Shown: positions 48,701 through 62,615, counted from the whole stretch's first letter. The stretch is DNA of 63,963 bases, filler included, from Lama guanicoe (GCA_013239625.1; 80 parts of 79 records of this genome joined end to end with filler, not necessarily neighbours in it); one strand, 5' to 3'. Notes: a model not told the origin generated them from the sequence alone. A program made the numbers and translations.

Positions 48701-49540
48701 ATTTAGTATTTTATATTCTATAATCTGAATTCTGTGGTCTGCATTCTATTCTCTAAATTCTGGCTTCTGTATTCTCTTTTACATATTCTATATTCTGTTT
48801 TCTACATTCTATATTTTATTTTCTTCATTCTATAGTCTGTATCCTAAATTCTTAATTCTGTATTCTATATTCTATATTCTGTGTTCTTCATTCTATATGT
48901 TATATTCTATATTCAGAATTCTGTATTCTATATTCTAAATTCTGTGTTCTGCATTCCATGTTCTAAATTCATNNNNNNNNNNNNNNNNNNNNNNNNNNNN
49001 NNNNNNNNNNNNNNNNNNNNNNNNNNNNNNNNNNNNNNNNNNNNNNNNNNNNNNNNNNNNNNNNNNNNNNNNNNNNNNNNNNNNNNNNNNNNNNNNNNNN
49101 NNNNNNNNNNNNNNNNNNNNNNNNNNNNNNNNNNNNNNNNNNNNNNNNNNNNNNNNNNNNNNNNNNNNNNNNNNNNNNNNNNNNNNNNNNNNNNNTATTC
49201 TATATGTTCTACATTCAATATTCTAAAGTCTATATTCAATATTCTGTATACTGTATTCTAAATTCTGTGTTCTGTATACCATGTTCTAAATACTGTGTTC
49301 TATATTCTGTATTCTATATTCTATATTCTCTGTTATACATTGTTTATTTAAGTCCGATATTCAGTTTTCTGTATTCTATATTCTAAATTATGTGTTCTGA
49401 ATTCCATGTTCTATAATCTGGCTTCCATATTCGCTAATTTATATTCTATATTTTGTGTTTTCATTCTATAATCTAAAATCTATATACTGCATCCGTTTTC
49501 TATACAATATTCTGGGTTTTACATTCTAAATTCTAAATTC
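48701..49540 (-). repeat. 7-bp AT-rich satellite
   Basis: TTC-anchored 7-mers. Confidence 0.95.
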
Positions 49541-49644
49541 NNNNNNNNNNNNNNNNNNNNNNNNNNNNNNNNNNNNNNNNNNNNTTAATTAATTAANNNN
49601 NNNNNNNNNNNNNNNNNNNNNNNNNNNNNNNNNNNNNNNNTAAC

Positions 49645-49765
49645 ATTTTTATCCCCACATTACAGGCAAGGAAACTGGGGTTCAGCGAGGTCAAATGGTT
49701 TCCTCAAGGTCAGCTACTCAGTGACTGAGTGTGCACCTTTAATCCCTAAGTTACATTGCCTCCCT
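49645..49765 (-). mobile_element. MIR SINE fragment
   Basis: ttatccccacattacaggcaaggaaactggggttcagcgaggtcaaatggtttcctcaaggtca is the antisense MIR core. Confidence 0.75.
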
Positions 49766-50157
49766 ATGTGAAATTTCTCCAAAAAAGAAAAAAAAATTAA
49801 ATAGGTTTGATGTGATTCTTCAGGTATGTTTCAAATTTTCTGTTTTATTCAAACTCTTCCCTTTCTGCTATTTATCTCCCCGGATGCTTTTGGGCATTTG
49901 ATTTCCCATCATCAGATAAGAAGAAATAAAAGGAAATACAATTTAACCACATGGATTCTGTTTGCTTCTGGTATTAATTAATGATCATGGAAGCTGTCCC
50001 AAGTAGGTAAAGTAAATCTCAGGGAATTGCCAGATAGGGAATTGCCAGATTCCTACTGCACGTCCCTCTCAACTACCATCATAGATAATAAATATAAGAT
50101 CTATTTTTATTTTAATTTGAAGATAATCTTTTGAGGATAGCTGTTGTTCCAAACTGG

Positions 50158-50436
50158 TCTTTTTCTTTCTTTTTTTTTTAATTAGAGTTAGTATTACAAT
50201 GTTGTGTCAGTTTCTGGTGTGCAGCACAATTCTTCAGTCATACATGAATATACATATATTATTCCTTTTCATATTCTTTTTCACTGTAAGCTACTACAAG
50301 ATCTTGAATGTATTTCCCTGTGTTATATACAATGAAACACTACTCAGCCATAAAAAAACATAATGCCATTTGCAGCAACATGGATGTTCCTAGAGAATGT
50401 CATCCTAAGTGAAGTAAGCCAGAAAGAGAAAGAAAA
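50158..50436 (-). mobile_element. 5'-inverted L1 insertion (3' UTR on minus strand joined to inverted ORF2 end)
   Basis: Poly-T plus antisense 3' UTR to about 50322, then sense tatatacaatgaaacactactcagccataaaaaa...gcagcaacatggatg. Confidence 0.85.
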
Positions 50437-50809
50437 NNNNNNNNNNNNNNNNNNNNNNNNNNNNNNNNNNNNNNNNNNNNTTAATTAATTAANNNNNNNN
50501 NNNNNNNNNNNNNNNNNNNNNNNNNNNNNNNNNNNNTCAGTTTTGTCATTGTTGCTCGCTAGTTGTCTTTCTGCTGCTTCTAACATGCCGCTTTTAAGAC
50601 AAGTGGCCTGAGTCGGCCCTCAGAGCAGAAAGGTGAGCTGGGCCTGGAGACAGCCAAGCTCCTCTGCTGTGTAGTGACCCGCTGAGAAGGAAGGGTTGGC
50701 CCAGAGCTTCCTCTGACTCTCTCCCTCAGTTATAAACTCTATGAAGGGAAAATGGAACAAAAATCTAAATTCAATATGGTATTGTCAAAGTATAAAAATA
50801 ATTGTCTTT

Positions 50810-50962
50810 GGAGGGGATGGTATATTTCAAGGGGTAGAGTACGTGCTGGATTCAATTTGCGGTACCTCAATGTAAAGAAAAAATAAGAAAAAATCTTTAA
50901 AAAGAAGAAAAATAACAAAGAAGAAAAGAGATCTCAAACAACCCCAGTTTAAAAAGAAAAAA
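50810..50962 (+). mobile_element. Diverged tRNA-derived SINE (camelid Vic-1-like) with A-rich tail
   Basis: ggggatggtatatttcaaggggtagagtacgtgct..ggattcaatttgcggtacctc has A-box and B-box remnants, followed by an A-rich tail. Confidence 0.55.
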
Positions 50963-53900
50963 AAGTCTTTTAAAAATAGTAGTCAGCAAGGTCTTTTGCT
51001 AGATTAGGAGTTTGGGATTAACAGGTACACACTACTATGTATAAAATAAATAACCAACTCTCAGGTCCTTAATAAATTATTTCAACCTGAATCCTTTTTC
51101 TTTTTTCCCCTAAGCAACCCGTGGAAGCCTCTGAAATTCTCAAATTATAAAAGAATTCATTTAAAGGTGGTTTGAAAGTTACTGGTTAAAACAGTTATTT
51201 GTGGTTCCATGAATATAGGTCTAGTAAGAAAGACAGTCAGAAAACTAGTAAGCGAACAAATATATGATGTACTGCCAGGTACTAATAATGCCACAAAGAA
51301 ACATAANNNNNNNNNNNNNNNNNNNNNNNNNNNNNNNNNNNNNNNNNNNNTTAATTAATTAANNNNNNNNNNNNNNNNNNNNNNNNNNNNNNNNNNNNNN
51401 NNNNNNTCATTGTATAATGTACAAAATTTACTAAAACAACCTTTTCATGTACATATGTACATTAATAATACAAATTCATTTGGCATAAATTAACTGTGCA
51501 TTTTCAGTGATTATAGTCACACCTCAAATCTCTGGAAGCAGTTATTTGGTACACTTTGACATGGACCCTTTTAAAATTAGATTAAATTATTAGTAACTAT
51601 AAAATCTCTGACAAGAATATGCTCCTTCCAGCACATTATATATAAATATAAAATTAAAAGAAGGATGTACCCTCCTGTGAGAAAAGCAAATGTAAATATC
51701 CAGTTATGTGGATTAGGTGAAGCAAGGACCTAGCTTTCACTTTACATAGTTTTATANNNNNNNNNNNNNNNNNNNNNNNNNNNNNNNNNNNNNNNNNNNN
51801 NNNNNNNNNNNNNNNNNNNNNNNTTCATAACTCTTAAATAGTTTGAGCTTATGTACCCCTTATGAAAAAAGTGAGATTCAGCATTGCATATTTAATTCTT
51901 AAAGCGTAAACTGTCTCATATTTACTATCACACATAATAACAGAACAAAAATAGGTAAATACAGTAGAAAAATATGAATCTGTAGGCAAAATTGACCTGT
52001 AAAAATAAATGGGATTATTCCAACAATGCAAATTAGTCTGCCTGTAAACAATAAATTAATGTAGTATGGCACACTAATAGATTACAAAACTACAAGTAGA
52101 AAAGCAATTGATCATTTCAGAAGNNNNNNNNNNNNNNNNNNNNNNNNNNNNNNNNNNNNNNNNNNNNTTAATTAATTAANNNNNNNNNNNNNNNNNNNNN
52201 NNNNNNNNNNNNNNNNNNNNNNNAATAGACTTTCTAACAGCACACAAGCCAAGCGTTTATAGCTGAGGGCCTTGGTCCTTGCTTTGCAGCCAGCAGAGTG
52301 CTATCTAAAACTTCAACTATGCAAGCAAAGCATTGTCTCTGCTTTTTAAGGCAAGGAGACTGGAGTGAGGATGCATAGGAACTTGCTTGCTAAGCAGTTT
52401 CTAAGCATATTTTTCTCTTCTTAAAGTTCACAGGTGGCTGGGGTGTGTTACAATTTGTTAACGCAATCATGGGCTCCCACATGGAACCATTATGGAGGAC
52501 AGACTAGGATGACAAATCCTGGCTGTCGGTCTTTTCCTGCCAGCTGCAGCCACTCTAGCAGGGACTAGACACATCCGTGAATAACGATCCTACAGAACAC
52601 ACAACTCCTGGTGCTTGAAACTTGATAGTAGCTCTACACAACTTACCGAAGAAAACTTTCAGAAATAAAAGTTATTACAATCCCTTTATATCTCATAATA
52701 TTACTNNNNNNNNNNNNNNNNNNNNNNNNNNNNNNNNNNNNNNNNNNNNTTAATTAATTAANNNNNNNNNNNNNNNNNNNNNNNNNNNNNNNNNNNNNNN
52801 NNNNNCAGCAAGTGTAACTCTGACAAGGTGTTTTCCCCGGGGCCTGGGAGATGCTTTAACATTGTGAAGCCACTTGTTTCCCAGTTAGGTAAGACTTGGG
52901 AAAATAGTTTATTAGAAGTGACTTCCTTTGTATGTGTCTTTTGTCCTGAGAGGTCACTAATTAGCATAAATATAAAATACCCCATAATATAAGAATTGAG
53001 GTACCCCATCTTTCCATCTACCTGTCTATTTGTTTATCATATTTATACTTAGGTTACACTTTCTATGATGTTTAATTCTGGGCACCAAAAAAGAAAGGTT
53101 AGAAAATATTTCTTATAAAAAGCGGGAATGGGTCTAAGGGTTAAAAACCACTAATTCTAACAATAAAAGCCAGATAATACTTTTAATCTCAAATGCATCA
53201 GACCTACCCGAATTCCTCCCTTAAGTTCACTGTTACAACAGTAATGGAATCTCTGTCCTTCCAAGACATGGGCCTGATCACCACCCATCCAGATAACTGT
53301 CTGTGGGTCCCTACTTGTTCTCGAGGTCCCCAAACACACCTTATGNNNNNNNNNNNNNNNNNNNNNNNNNNNNNNNNNNNNNNNNNNNNTTAATTAATTA
53401 ANNNNNNNNNNNNNNNNNNNNNNNNNNNNNNNNNNNNNNNNNNNNCCAAAAGTACTGGAAGCCATACGCAAAGCTGAGGTATCGGATCAGTGGCTCTGGA
53501 TTTGCAGCCTTTCACACATTCAAAGCAGATTCTCCAATCTCCATTCCCAGGGCTTCAGGTACTAAGTCTCCTGTACCAGGATGTCGTGTAGCAGCCATTC
53601 CCAGAAGACCTGGAGGTGTCAGTGTAGCTTTTCTAATAGTATATGTGTAGCCTGTGGAGAACTTCCAGGTCACCCACGTTTCCTGACAATAAACAGGTCA
53701 TTCAGTATTCACTCAGGATAATTTGCTTTTAGTTATGCCTTTGGTTTGCGAGAACAGAGATTTGATTTTACATCTTTATTCTTCACATGTGATTGCAGAG
53801 TTGTAAATAGTGTCCCTTGGGATACTCCTACAGATTTTTAACAATTTGAGTTTTCACCAAGTAGCTGATTTAACTACAGTCACTCATACTCTCTCGAGGG

Positions 53901-54091
53901 CTAACCGAGAGATACAGAACTGTAAGATAACTTCATCTCCCTTACATTAAAGTTCCATCCATTAAGTAACAAAAGGCAGATGAAAATTAACTTAATGGTA
54001 TGCTTCTCATAATATTGCTTTTAATGAATGCACGCAGATCTTGTGATGGTCTTTTTGAATAAATTTTCTTGAATGAGAATGGGAGAAATTA

Positions 54092-54327
54092 CTTGGTTTC
54101 AACAGCTTCAAAGAGGTAAAATTCACACAAAATAAACTGCGCTTATTTAAAGTGTGAAAATAGATGTTCTGAGTATGCACATCCTGTGAAATCACAATTA
54201 AGATAGTGAACATATCCATCCAACAGTGTCCTGGTGCCCATTTGTCCTCTTTGCTCCTGCTGCTCACCCCCCACCCCTGGCAATCACTGGTCTGCTTGCT
54301 GCACTGTGGATTGGTTTGTGTTTTATA
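54092..54327 (-). mobile_element. Old L1M 3' end fragment
   Basis: aacagcttcaaagaggtaaaattcacacaaaataaactgcgcttatttaaagtgtg...cccctggcaatcactggtctgc is an antisense L1M 3' UTR. Confidence 0.7.
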
Positions 54328-54427
54328 NNNNNNNNNNNNNNNNNNNNNNNNNNNNNNNNNNNNNNNNNNNNTTAATTAATTAANNNNNNNNNNNNNNNNN
54401 NNNNNNNNNNNNNNNNNNNNNNNNNNN

Positions 54428-54985
54428 GCCCTTCCATCACACCTGTGGGCAATCCGTCCACCTGCTGAAATGTTTTTGTCTCTCTCCCCCTGGCGGAACC
54501 TCAGCAGGCCTTCACATGAACCTGCCAATAGGTCTCCCAGCCTCTATCTGGTCCCTTTCTAGATCACTTTGCATGTCTCCTCTACATTGGAGGCACACAG
54601 AGTCCTTTGTGATGTGCACCTTTGATCTCTCCACCTGGTTGCCTCACCTGCCTCCCACACCCTGTGCTCCCTTCTAGAATATTTGCAGTTCCTGGAAGGG
54701 ACCTGGCTCTCTTTGGCCAAGAAATGGCCTTAATATTATACCTTCCCCTGATCACTTCTAGGGCATCTCAGAACTCAGCACAGTGGTTCCCTCCTCTGGG
54801 AGAGCCTTGGCTACAGTTCCAGCTCTCTGCCCCGAGCACCCTCTGCTGACTGTTATCCAAGCCCTCTTAACACGCCTCCTCAGCCATCATTTCATGATGA
54901 CTCCTGTGCACCTAGGAGCTCCAGGAAGCAGGGACTGTGTCTTCTTTCTCTTTATTCTCAGAGCATGGCAGAGACTCAGGTACAA
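54428..54985 (+). mobile_element. L2 LINE fragments
   Basis: gagctccaggaagcagggactgtgtcttctttc...agagcatggcaga is the L2 3' end; further L2-like pieces lie upstream. Confidence 0.55.
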
Positions 54986-55351
54986 TGGTGGAGGGAACAG
55001 TGGTTATCCTGGAAATTCTCTAGAGTTGGGGCCTAGGGGTAACAGTGTGGTTGGAAGAAGGGCTTAGGGGATTTACCCTGAAGCCACATTTTCAATTAAC
55101 ATGTCATGTTGTTTTTGTCTACTATTTGAAGTTAGGAATCTTAAAACTGAATGACGATTTCTAAAAATTAACTTACCGAAGGTTGAGGAAAATGGCAGTT
55201 TCCCATATTTAAGAATTTTGTTTTAATTTTGTGTGACTGGGGAGGTGGAAANNNNNNNNNNNNNNNNNNNNNNNNNNNNNNNNNNNNNNNNNNNNTTAAT
55301 TAATTAANNNNNNNNNNNNNNNNNNNNNNNNNNNNNNNNNNNNNNNNNNNN

Positions 55352-56239
55352 TTAGTACACTTTGGCAGAGCTACTTGCCTTTGTTATAGGCTTCTTTCAT
55401 ATCTCCCCTACGTAGCGTGAAATATGGTAATCCTTCATCCTGTTAGAAGACATACAATTTTACATCACGGACTAGGAATCCATTTGATTCCAAATCGGCA
55501 TTTGGGTGAGGTCACGATATGCTCTTATGAATCAATATTTACGAATATGAATGCATGCCTCTGATTTCCGAATACAAGTGTGCTGAGTACATGCAAGCCG
55601 CGATACTAAGTCGATGGGTTCTGAATGACCCTTGATATCAACTTGGGTATTTTCTTTTGAATAATCATGGTTCCCTTGGTAAATTTCAGCCATCCATACC
55701 ATTTTGGTGCTTGTTGGTTGGTTTGATTATTTGTTGGTCTGCTTCTCGCTGGTTTTACAAACACGTCAAACTATGCATCATTCCTTTCACTTCAAACAGA
55801 GAGTCAAATAAGCTGATTCACTTAAGAGAGTGCTTCCAATCACCTATGATTTCCTGCTTCCCTCTCCCATNNNNNNNNNNNNNNNNNNNNNNNNNNNNNN
55901 NNNNNNNNNNNNNNNNNNNNNNNNNNNNNNNNNNNNNNNNNNNNNNNNNNNNNNNNNNNNNNNNNNNNNNNNNNNNNNNNNNNNNNNNNNNNTTTCTCAA
56001 CCTTCTTGTAGGATAAGTTTTGAATTGCTGAATTCTTTTAAGATTTGCTGTTCTGTGGAATTCTCTAGTTCTGCCGTTATTAGAAATGGTGGTCATTTGG
56101 CATAGGCTACCCTAGGTGGTAGCATTTGGCCATTCAGGTTATGGTCTGTGTAATGGCACTCCTCCATGCCCTGCAATATTGCTTCCGAGTTATCAGCTGA
56201 AACCGCTCTGGAGGTTCCCTTGTGACTATGTTGTTTCCT
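55352..56239 (-). repeat. Unidentified multi-copy sequence (paralogue of 31691-32466)
   Basis: Reverse-complement match over about 630 bp. Confidence 0.9.
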
Positions 56240-56704
56240 NNNNNNNNNNNNNNNNNNNNNNNNNNNNNNNNNNNNNNNNNNNNTTAATTAATTAANNNNN
56301 NNNNNNNNNNNNNNNNNNNNNNNNNNNNNNNNNNNNNNNGTATCCAAGATTCTCAAAATGGTCATAGCTAAGTAGTACAGGTGGGGAGACAAATGGAGAG
56401 AGGTAGTGTGGCTCATGTACAAACTGTGAGCAGTTTCATGGCTGCCTTTAGGCTGGAGGAGCCACAGAAGAGCCCAGGTTAGACCAAGGATGGCTTTGTA
56501 TGCACTTGAAAGCCTGCTTTCCTGCCTGTATAGTGAAGCCTGGTGGGCGTGGCAGGTAGATGATCAAGGTCTGATCAAGGTCATTGGCTGCACAGAGCGC
56601 TGTGTCTGTGAGAACTGGTGCCACTACCATGGGAAATGCTTGCTGCCAGGAACACTGCAGGGGAGCTGGGGAGCCTGTGTGTTAAGGATTTTCCAGTCCT
56701 GGGA

Positions 56705-56925
56705 GTGGGAAGATCAGACTCTGCATTCAACTCTGAGTTTGAATTCATCCTCTTTAGTTTACTGGTCTTCTGACTTTTGTCAAGTTATACATCCTGTTTG
56801 AACACCTGCTTTCTTGTCTCTCAAAACAGGAAAATTACGGCCTGCTGCTAGAGTGTTTGATAAGGGTAAATGATTTTTGTCTATAAGATGCCACGTACAG
56901 TCACAAGCTCAGTGAGAATTGAGCT
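56705..56925 (+). mobile_element. Degraded MIR
   Basis: ctgagtttgaattcatcctct...tgacttttgtcaagttat...ctgctttcttgtctctcaaaacagg pattern. Confidence 0.55.
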
Positions 56926-59900
56926 GACGCCTCTTCTTCTGCAACTCAGTGCTCGATAAGTCACCAGGGGAAAGGGAGTCCCTAATTTGTATGTGGTGCA
57001 AGGAAGAACAAAACTAACGTCTTGCCTTTCCATGGCAGTATTCTTACTTCTTNNNNNNNNNNNNNNNNNNNNNNNNNNNNNNNNNNNNNNNNNNNNTTAA
57101 TTAATTAANNNNNNNNNNNNNNNNNNNNNNNNNNNNNNNNNNNNNNNNNNNNCTTTTATGTACACACTTCATTAGGTCTGTACACCCCTGCAAGGTGACA
57201 TTAAGCACTCATACAACCATGAAACCAGTGACTATAAAACAGTCACAAGGCTTCCTCTCCAGCATGAGGTAGCAAAACCAGCAAGGATTTTCAGTGACAA
57301 AAGACAAAATCACATATATTTGGGAAAGAAAGCAAACAAAACACTGAAGAACAATAAACCAAAAGAGCAGATGGAATGGAAACTTTTATTGAAGAAAGCA
57401 ATGATTGATTCAATTAAAACAGGTAATGTCCCTGGTATAATTTAACCATAAATCCAAATTTTTGGAATAGTGGGTTGTGAAATTACTATCTCATTTAATA
57501 TTGGAATTCCTAGTTGGACCAATTTGATATGCATCACTGGTCCGATGCTAGATATTTAGGTAAATAACAATATTCATATTTTGTAAGTTAACAGGAACCA
57601 TAACACAGGACTCCAGATTTAGGGAGAGAATGNNNNNNNNNNNNNNNNNNNNNNNNNNNNNNNNNNNNNNNNNNNNTTAATTAATTAANNNNNNNNNNNN
57701 NNNNNNNNNNNNNNNNNNNNNNNNNNNNNNNNAATCCCCAATGCCTCCATTAAGGAGAAACAGAGAGTAAAAAATAAACACATTATATTTTATAAACAAA
57801 CAAACAAAAAAATGGATCTGGAGAAGACAGCATCATTTGCACCATCTTTGGGGATGCCTCTTGCTTCCAAAGGGTGATTTAATACTGCCAGGAATATTTA
57901 CAGTTTGTCCCTGCTGAAACTTGACAAAATATTTGGAAGGGCTTTTTTTTTTTTTAAAGTAGCTTTAAGGTCAGAAGATGGCAGGGTTGGAAGCTGATAG
58001 AGTAAATAGAAACATTTTGTAAGAACCTTATCCCCTAACCTGAAATAAAACTACGAAGTAAAAAAAAAATTCTGAACCCTTTGTGGAAGAATTTACTAAA
58101 ACATTTCAAAGACACACAGTCTAAATACAAAGCATAACAATTTTTTTTAATTTCTATCTAATTTGAAGATCATGCTATAAAGAAGCAAATTGAAGATGAT
58201 ATATTTGGTTAGGTAGGAAGTCTCTGAATATCATTAAGTTTGCAATCCAATTTCTTGAAGTATTAAAAGTTTGTACTTGTTATATNNNNNNNNNNNNNNN
58301 NNNNNNNNNNNNNNNNNNNNNNNNNNNNNTTAATTAATTAANNNNNNNNNNNNNNNNNNNNNNNNNNNNNNNNNNNNNNNNNNNNCTTGTGTCCTGGGCC
58401 CGATCTCAATCCCACTTCGGCCCAAATCTCTTCCTCACTCGGGTACCCTAAAGCTGGGAGGGGGGCTTCAGGATCTGAGGAAGTGAGCCGGGGGTAGGGG
58501 GGTCAGGGGAGCAGCCCAGAGGCTTCCCTGTCCCCACCCCCACCGTCTTTTGGTCCCTGGGATACCACCACCCCTGACCCTGAAAGGGAGCCCTGACAGC
58601 TGCTAAAAGGGAGGCAGCCTGGTGACCAGATGGGCTGGTGGCCTCTAAGGTGACCTGGCTGGAAAAATCCCAGCAGGACCCAACTTCCCTAGAGGAGACA
58701 GGGGAGCTGGTGGACATACTTGCACCTGAGCCTCTGGGGGAGGGGCTGGAGCTGGAGGCCTGAGGAGCAAGTGGCTATTAACTGGGAGGGAGGAGGCAGT
58801 CTGCCCATCTCCTGCTCCCTCCCACCCTTCCTCAACAGCCAACTCAGGAGCCCTCATCAGTCAGAGTCATGAACTGCAAGATTCTAACTTTCTAAGTTGG
58901 GGAAACTGAGGNNNNNNNNNNNNNNNNNNNNNNNNNNNNNNNNNNNNNNNNNNNNTTAATTAATTAANNNNNNNNNNNNNNNNNNNNNNNNNNNNNNNNN
59001 NNNNNNNNNNNATTTTGTGGTCATCTCAGAACTGAATTCTGTGGCTAGGAGAATGGGAGTTCTTCACGGAGCTTAAGATTAATGATTCCCATCAAACTCA
59101 AGGAGAGAGTGGAATTGGAATGCCATTTCACAAAAGAAAAGCTGAGTGCTCTAGTTAGAATTCTAGGGAGTGAGTCTTAAGTAAAGTACCAACAAATAGA
59201 ACCTTTAAAATGAATACACAATAGTTCTATACATTCCCTCTAGAGTCTTTTTCTTCTGTTTTTATTATAAAGGATTATTCAAGATGTATATCTCCATTTA
59301 ATCTGTTTTCCTCATGTTTTTAAAGACTTTCCCAATATATCTAAGTTCTTGGCTTCTCCTTATGACAACATTTCAGATATTGACAAATCCATTGGTTTCA
59401 TTTTTTATATATTGTTTGTGGAGTATTTAGAGGCTCTGCTGTAACAGGCAAAAAAAAAAAAAAAAGAAGAAGAAGCACATATATTTTCCTGATAAAACAT
59501 CTGTCCTACAAAGATATTCAAAGTTGTATTTCTTTGTTATTCTTAGGCTTTAGACAAACAAAACCAAGTGCATATAGTTTGATGAAGTCTAACTGAAATT
59601 ATCATGGTCAAGCTAAAGGATATAGGTTGGTTGCATCACCTAACTACATATTCAGTTTTCCCTACAGTGTAAGCATAAAATCACTGATGCTGACACTCTG
59701 AAATGGCCTATCAACATGATGCTGGAGATGTGCCTAGGTAAGGGAACCAGGAAAATTTCAGAGGATGTACTATGCTTTTCTTTAGAGGCATGATATATAT
59801 TTGAGAATGCTTTCAGAGAATGTGTATAAGGAAAGAAATGAGTGTAGTCTTTTCTCTCTCACCTATAGGTGTCAGATTGCAGAAAAAAACACAAGCAAAA

Positions 59901-60032
59901 AACCTCACATTTGGGGGATTGGAAGATTGTTTNNNNNNNNNNNNNNNNNNNNNNNNNNNNNNNNNNNNNNNNNNNNTTAATTAATTAANNNNNNNNNNNN
60001 NNNNNNNNNNNNNNNNNNNNNNNNNNNNNNNN

Positions 60033-60530
60033 ACATATTTAGGAGAATGTCTTTTCTTCATTTTATACTCTTGCTTCCATTTTCGTGGGTTAATTTATCA
60101 AAGGTGTGAGAGAATATATCTGGTTGCTCTATATTCTTCTATAGATTGGTGTCTGTTTCTGAGCCAGTATCATGTTGTTTTAATTACTAAAGCTTTGTAG
60201 GACTGTTTAACATCAGAGATCTTTACACCATTAGTTTTAATACTCTTTTTCAAGATTATTTTGGCAACTCATGTTCTTAGTGGTTACATATAAATTTTGA
60301 AATTATTTATTCTACTTAAAGGAAAAATCTCATAGGTATTTTGACATGAATCACACTAAATATAGATTCCTTTGTTAAGTATGGATATTTCAACCACATT
60401 GTTTCACAACATTAACATAAGGGATATTTTCATTCCTTTGGATCAGTTTTAATTTCCTTCACCAATATTTTCTGTTTTTTAACGTATAGGTTTTCACCTT
60501 ACTTGTTAACTTCATTTCTAGGTGTTCTTA
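60033..60530 (-). mobile_element. Old L1 ORF2 fragment
   Basis: gccagtatcatgttgttttaattactaaagctttgtag and tttcaagattattttggcaa are antisense L1 ORF2. Confidence 0.75.
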
Positions 60531-60559
60531 ACATATATATTATATACATAATATTTTTA

Positions 60560-60849
60560 AACTCGTTTCCTACACAAATACATCAGGCAGAATGCAGTGG
60601 CAAGACATATTCAAAGTCCTGAATGAAAGAAAATTGTAATCTAAGATACTTTATCAAGCAAGGCGATCTTTTAGAATAGAAGGAGAGATAAATAAATTCC
60701 ACACAAGGAAATACTAAAAGAATTTAGAAAGAGAAAAAGAAATAATGAAAAATCTACTCTAAATTAAAAGGAAGCAGGTTGCCATAGAAAAGAGAAAAGT
60801 ATAACTGGAAAGGCAATAGCTAAAACGACTTACAACAGAATAAATATGA
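60560..60849 (+). mobile_element. L1 ORF1 C-terminus fragment
   Basis: gagtgg-like cagtggcaagacatattcaaagtcctgaatgaaag (WQDIFKVLNE) and tttagaatagaaggagagataa (FRIEGEI). Confidence 0.8.
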
Positions 60850-61296
60850 NNNNNNNNNNNNNNNNNNNNNNNNNNNNNNNNNNNNNNNNNNNNTTAATTA
60901 ATTAANNNNNNNNNNNNNNNNNNNNNNNNNNNNNNNNNNNNNNNNNNNNAAGGTCCCAGGTGAGGACAGCACACCGGAGAACACACGCCCCACTGAGAAG
61001 GGGCCACCTCTGCAGGGCAGACGGCACAGGAGCCTGGGCTCAAGGGGGACCAGATATGATTCTTTAGGAGAAGTTCTGGAGTGCAGATTTCTGCACAAGT
61101 CTCCTAAATTTTAAATGTTGACTCAATGTGTGGAGACAAACTGAACATACCCAGGGCCATGTTTAGTCTATAGCCCACTTGTGTTTTTATGTTTGCTGTG
61201 TTTCCAAACAGTTGGGCATAAATCAAGTATTTGTGTGTAAAACCTTGCCTTTCTGTAGAATCATATGTCTTACACACAAAAACACTGGGCCCCAAC

Positions 61297-61497
61297 ATGT
61301 AATAAAAATTGTGATTAAGACTCATAATATCCACTTCAAGAATTTTTCCAATGTCTGCTAAAACTACAATTTACCTGTATGTAATTCTACCTGATTGTTA
61401 ATCAAATGGATAATTAGTTCATAAGATGGCCAAAACTAAATTATTAAGACAATTCCAATTTGTTACTAATGTCATGGGTCTTGATGTTTAAAACTGC
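61297..61497 (-). repeat. Unidentified multi-copy sequence (paralogue of 16012-16190 and 16400-16513)
   Basis: Reverse complement of gcagttttaaacatcaagacccatgacattagtaacaaattggaattg...ttcttgaagtgg.tattatgag. Confidence 0.85.
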
Positions 61498-62439
61498 NNN
61501 NNNNNNNNNNNNNNNNNNNNNNNNNNNNNNNNNNNNNNNNNTTAATTAATTAANNNNNNNNNNNNNNNNNNNNNNNNNNNNNNNNNNNNNNNNNNNNTGT
61601 TAAAGCCTGCAAATGAGGTATCACCACAATGTCAAAACTGGAGTCTCCGGACAATCCCTCCCACCATGGCTGTATAGAATCAAAGAGCTAAACAAAAATC
61701 ACATTTCTGTGAAATGCATCTGGATAGTGTTGATTCATCGATGTCCAGTTGGCAGAGAAGCAGTGCAACCTGCACTCACTCGCTCCCATGTACACAGCAA
61801 TGGGAACATCCACTCAACCAGCCCTTGGCACAGGACACTTGCCGAAGAGTGGTCTGTTATTTCCAAGGACAGGATGAGGCCTCAGAACATCTGGAAGCAG
61901 GAAAAGCAGGGAATGGAAACCAGTGCAGGGTCTGACCCCTGGTGATGGAGCAGCAAAGGTGAAACTCTGTTTACTTGGACGCACACTCTCAAGCCGACAG
62001 GAGACATGGGATTGAAGGTGATGCACTGAGTGTTTGAAGAGTGCACAGCAGATGCTTGGCTGACATAATTCAAAGAATCCAGTGGAAAACATCCTCACAG
62101 TTGATTCTGAGACCAAGATCCGAACTGCAAAATTTGAGGTAGCAGAGGCAGCGGTCAGTGAGGGATAGGGCTAAGGATNNNNNNNNNNNNNNNNNNNNNN
62201 NNNNNNNNNNNNNNNNNNNNNNTTAATTAATTAANNNNNNNNNNNNNNNNNNNNNNNNNNNNNNNNNNNNNNNNNNNNTCATTTAGCTTTCAGACTAGGG
62301 ACAAGGTGGGTTCTTTCTTCTCAGGCATAAGTATATAAATGTATCAATACATACATAGCAACAAAGAATAGAACCAACATAGGCCATGTTAGACAGTGTG
62401 CAGGTGCACCAACCTAGAACCTATTTGATACTCAACAAT

Positions 62440-62615
62440 ATTAACCATCAGGCACCTACCATGCACTGGGTATGACCCTGGGGAATCAAAGATGAACAAG
62501 ACACACTCACTGCCTTTGGAGAAACCGTAATAATGCAAGTCTGTTTGAATGATGAGCTACTTAAAACAACAATAAGAGTGAAAATGCATAGAGAAAGGGG
62601 AGATTAATTCTTGAT
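62440..62615 (-). mobile_element. L2 LINE 3' fragment
   Basis: gcacctaccatgcactgggtatgaccctggggaatcaaagatgaacaagacac is antisense L2. Confidence 0.6.

Noticed and set aside
50810..50872. Possible tRNA gene
   Set aside because: Boxes are degenerate, the anticodon region is deleted and an A-rich tail follows: a SINE remnant.
61613..62116. Overlapping 100-110 aa ORFs on both strands
   Set aside because: No recognisable domain or splice context; lengths are compatible with chance.
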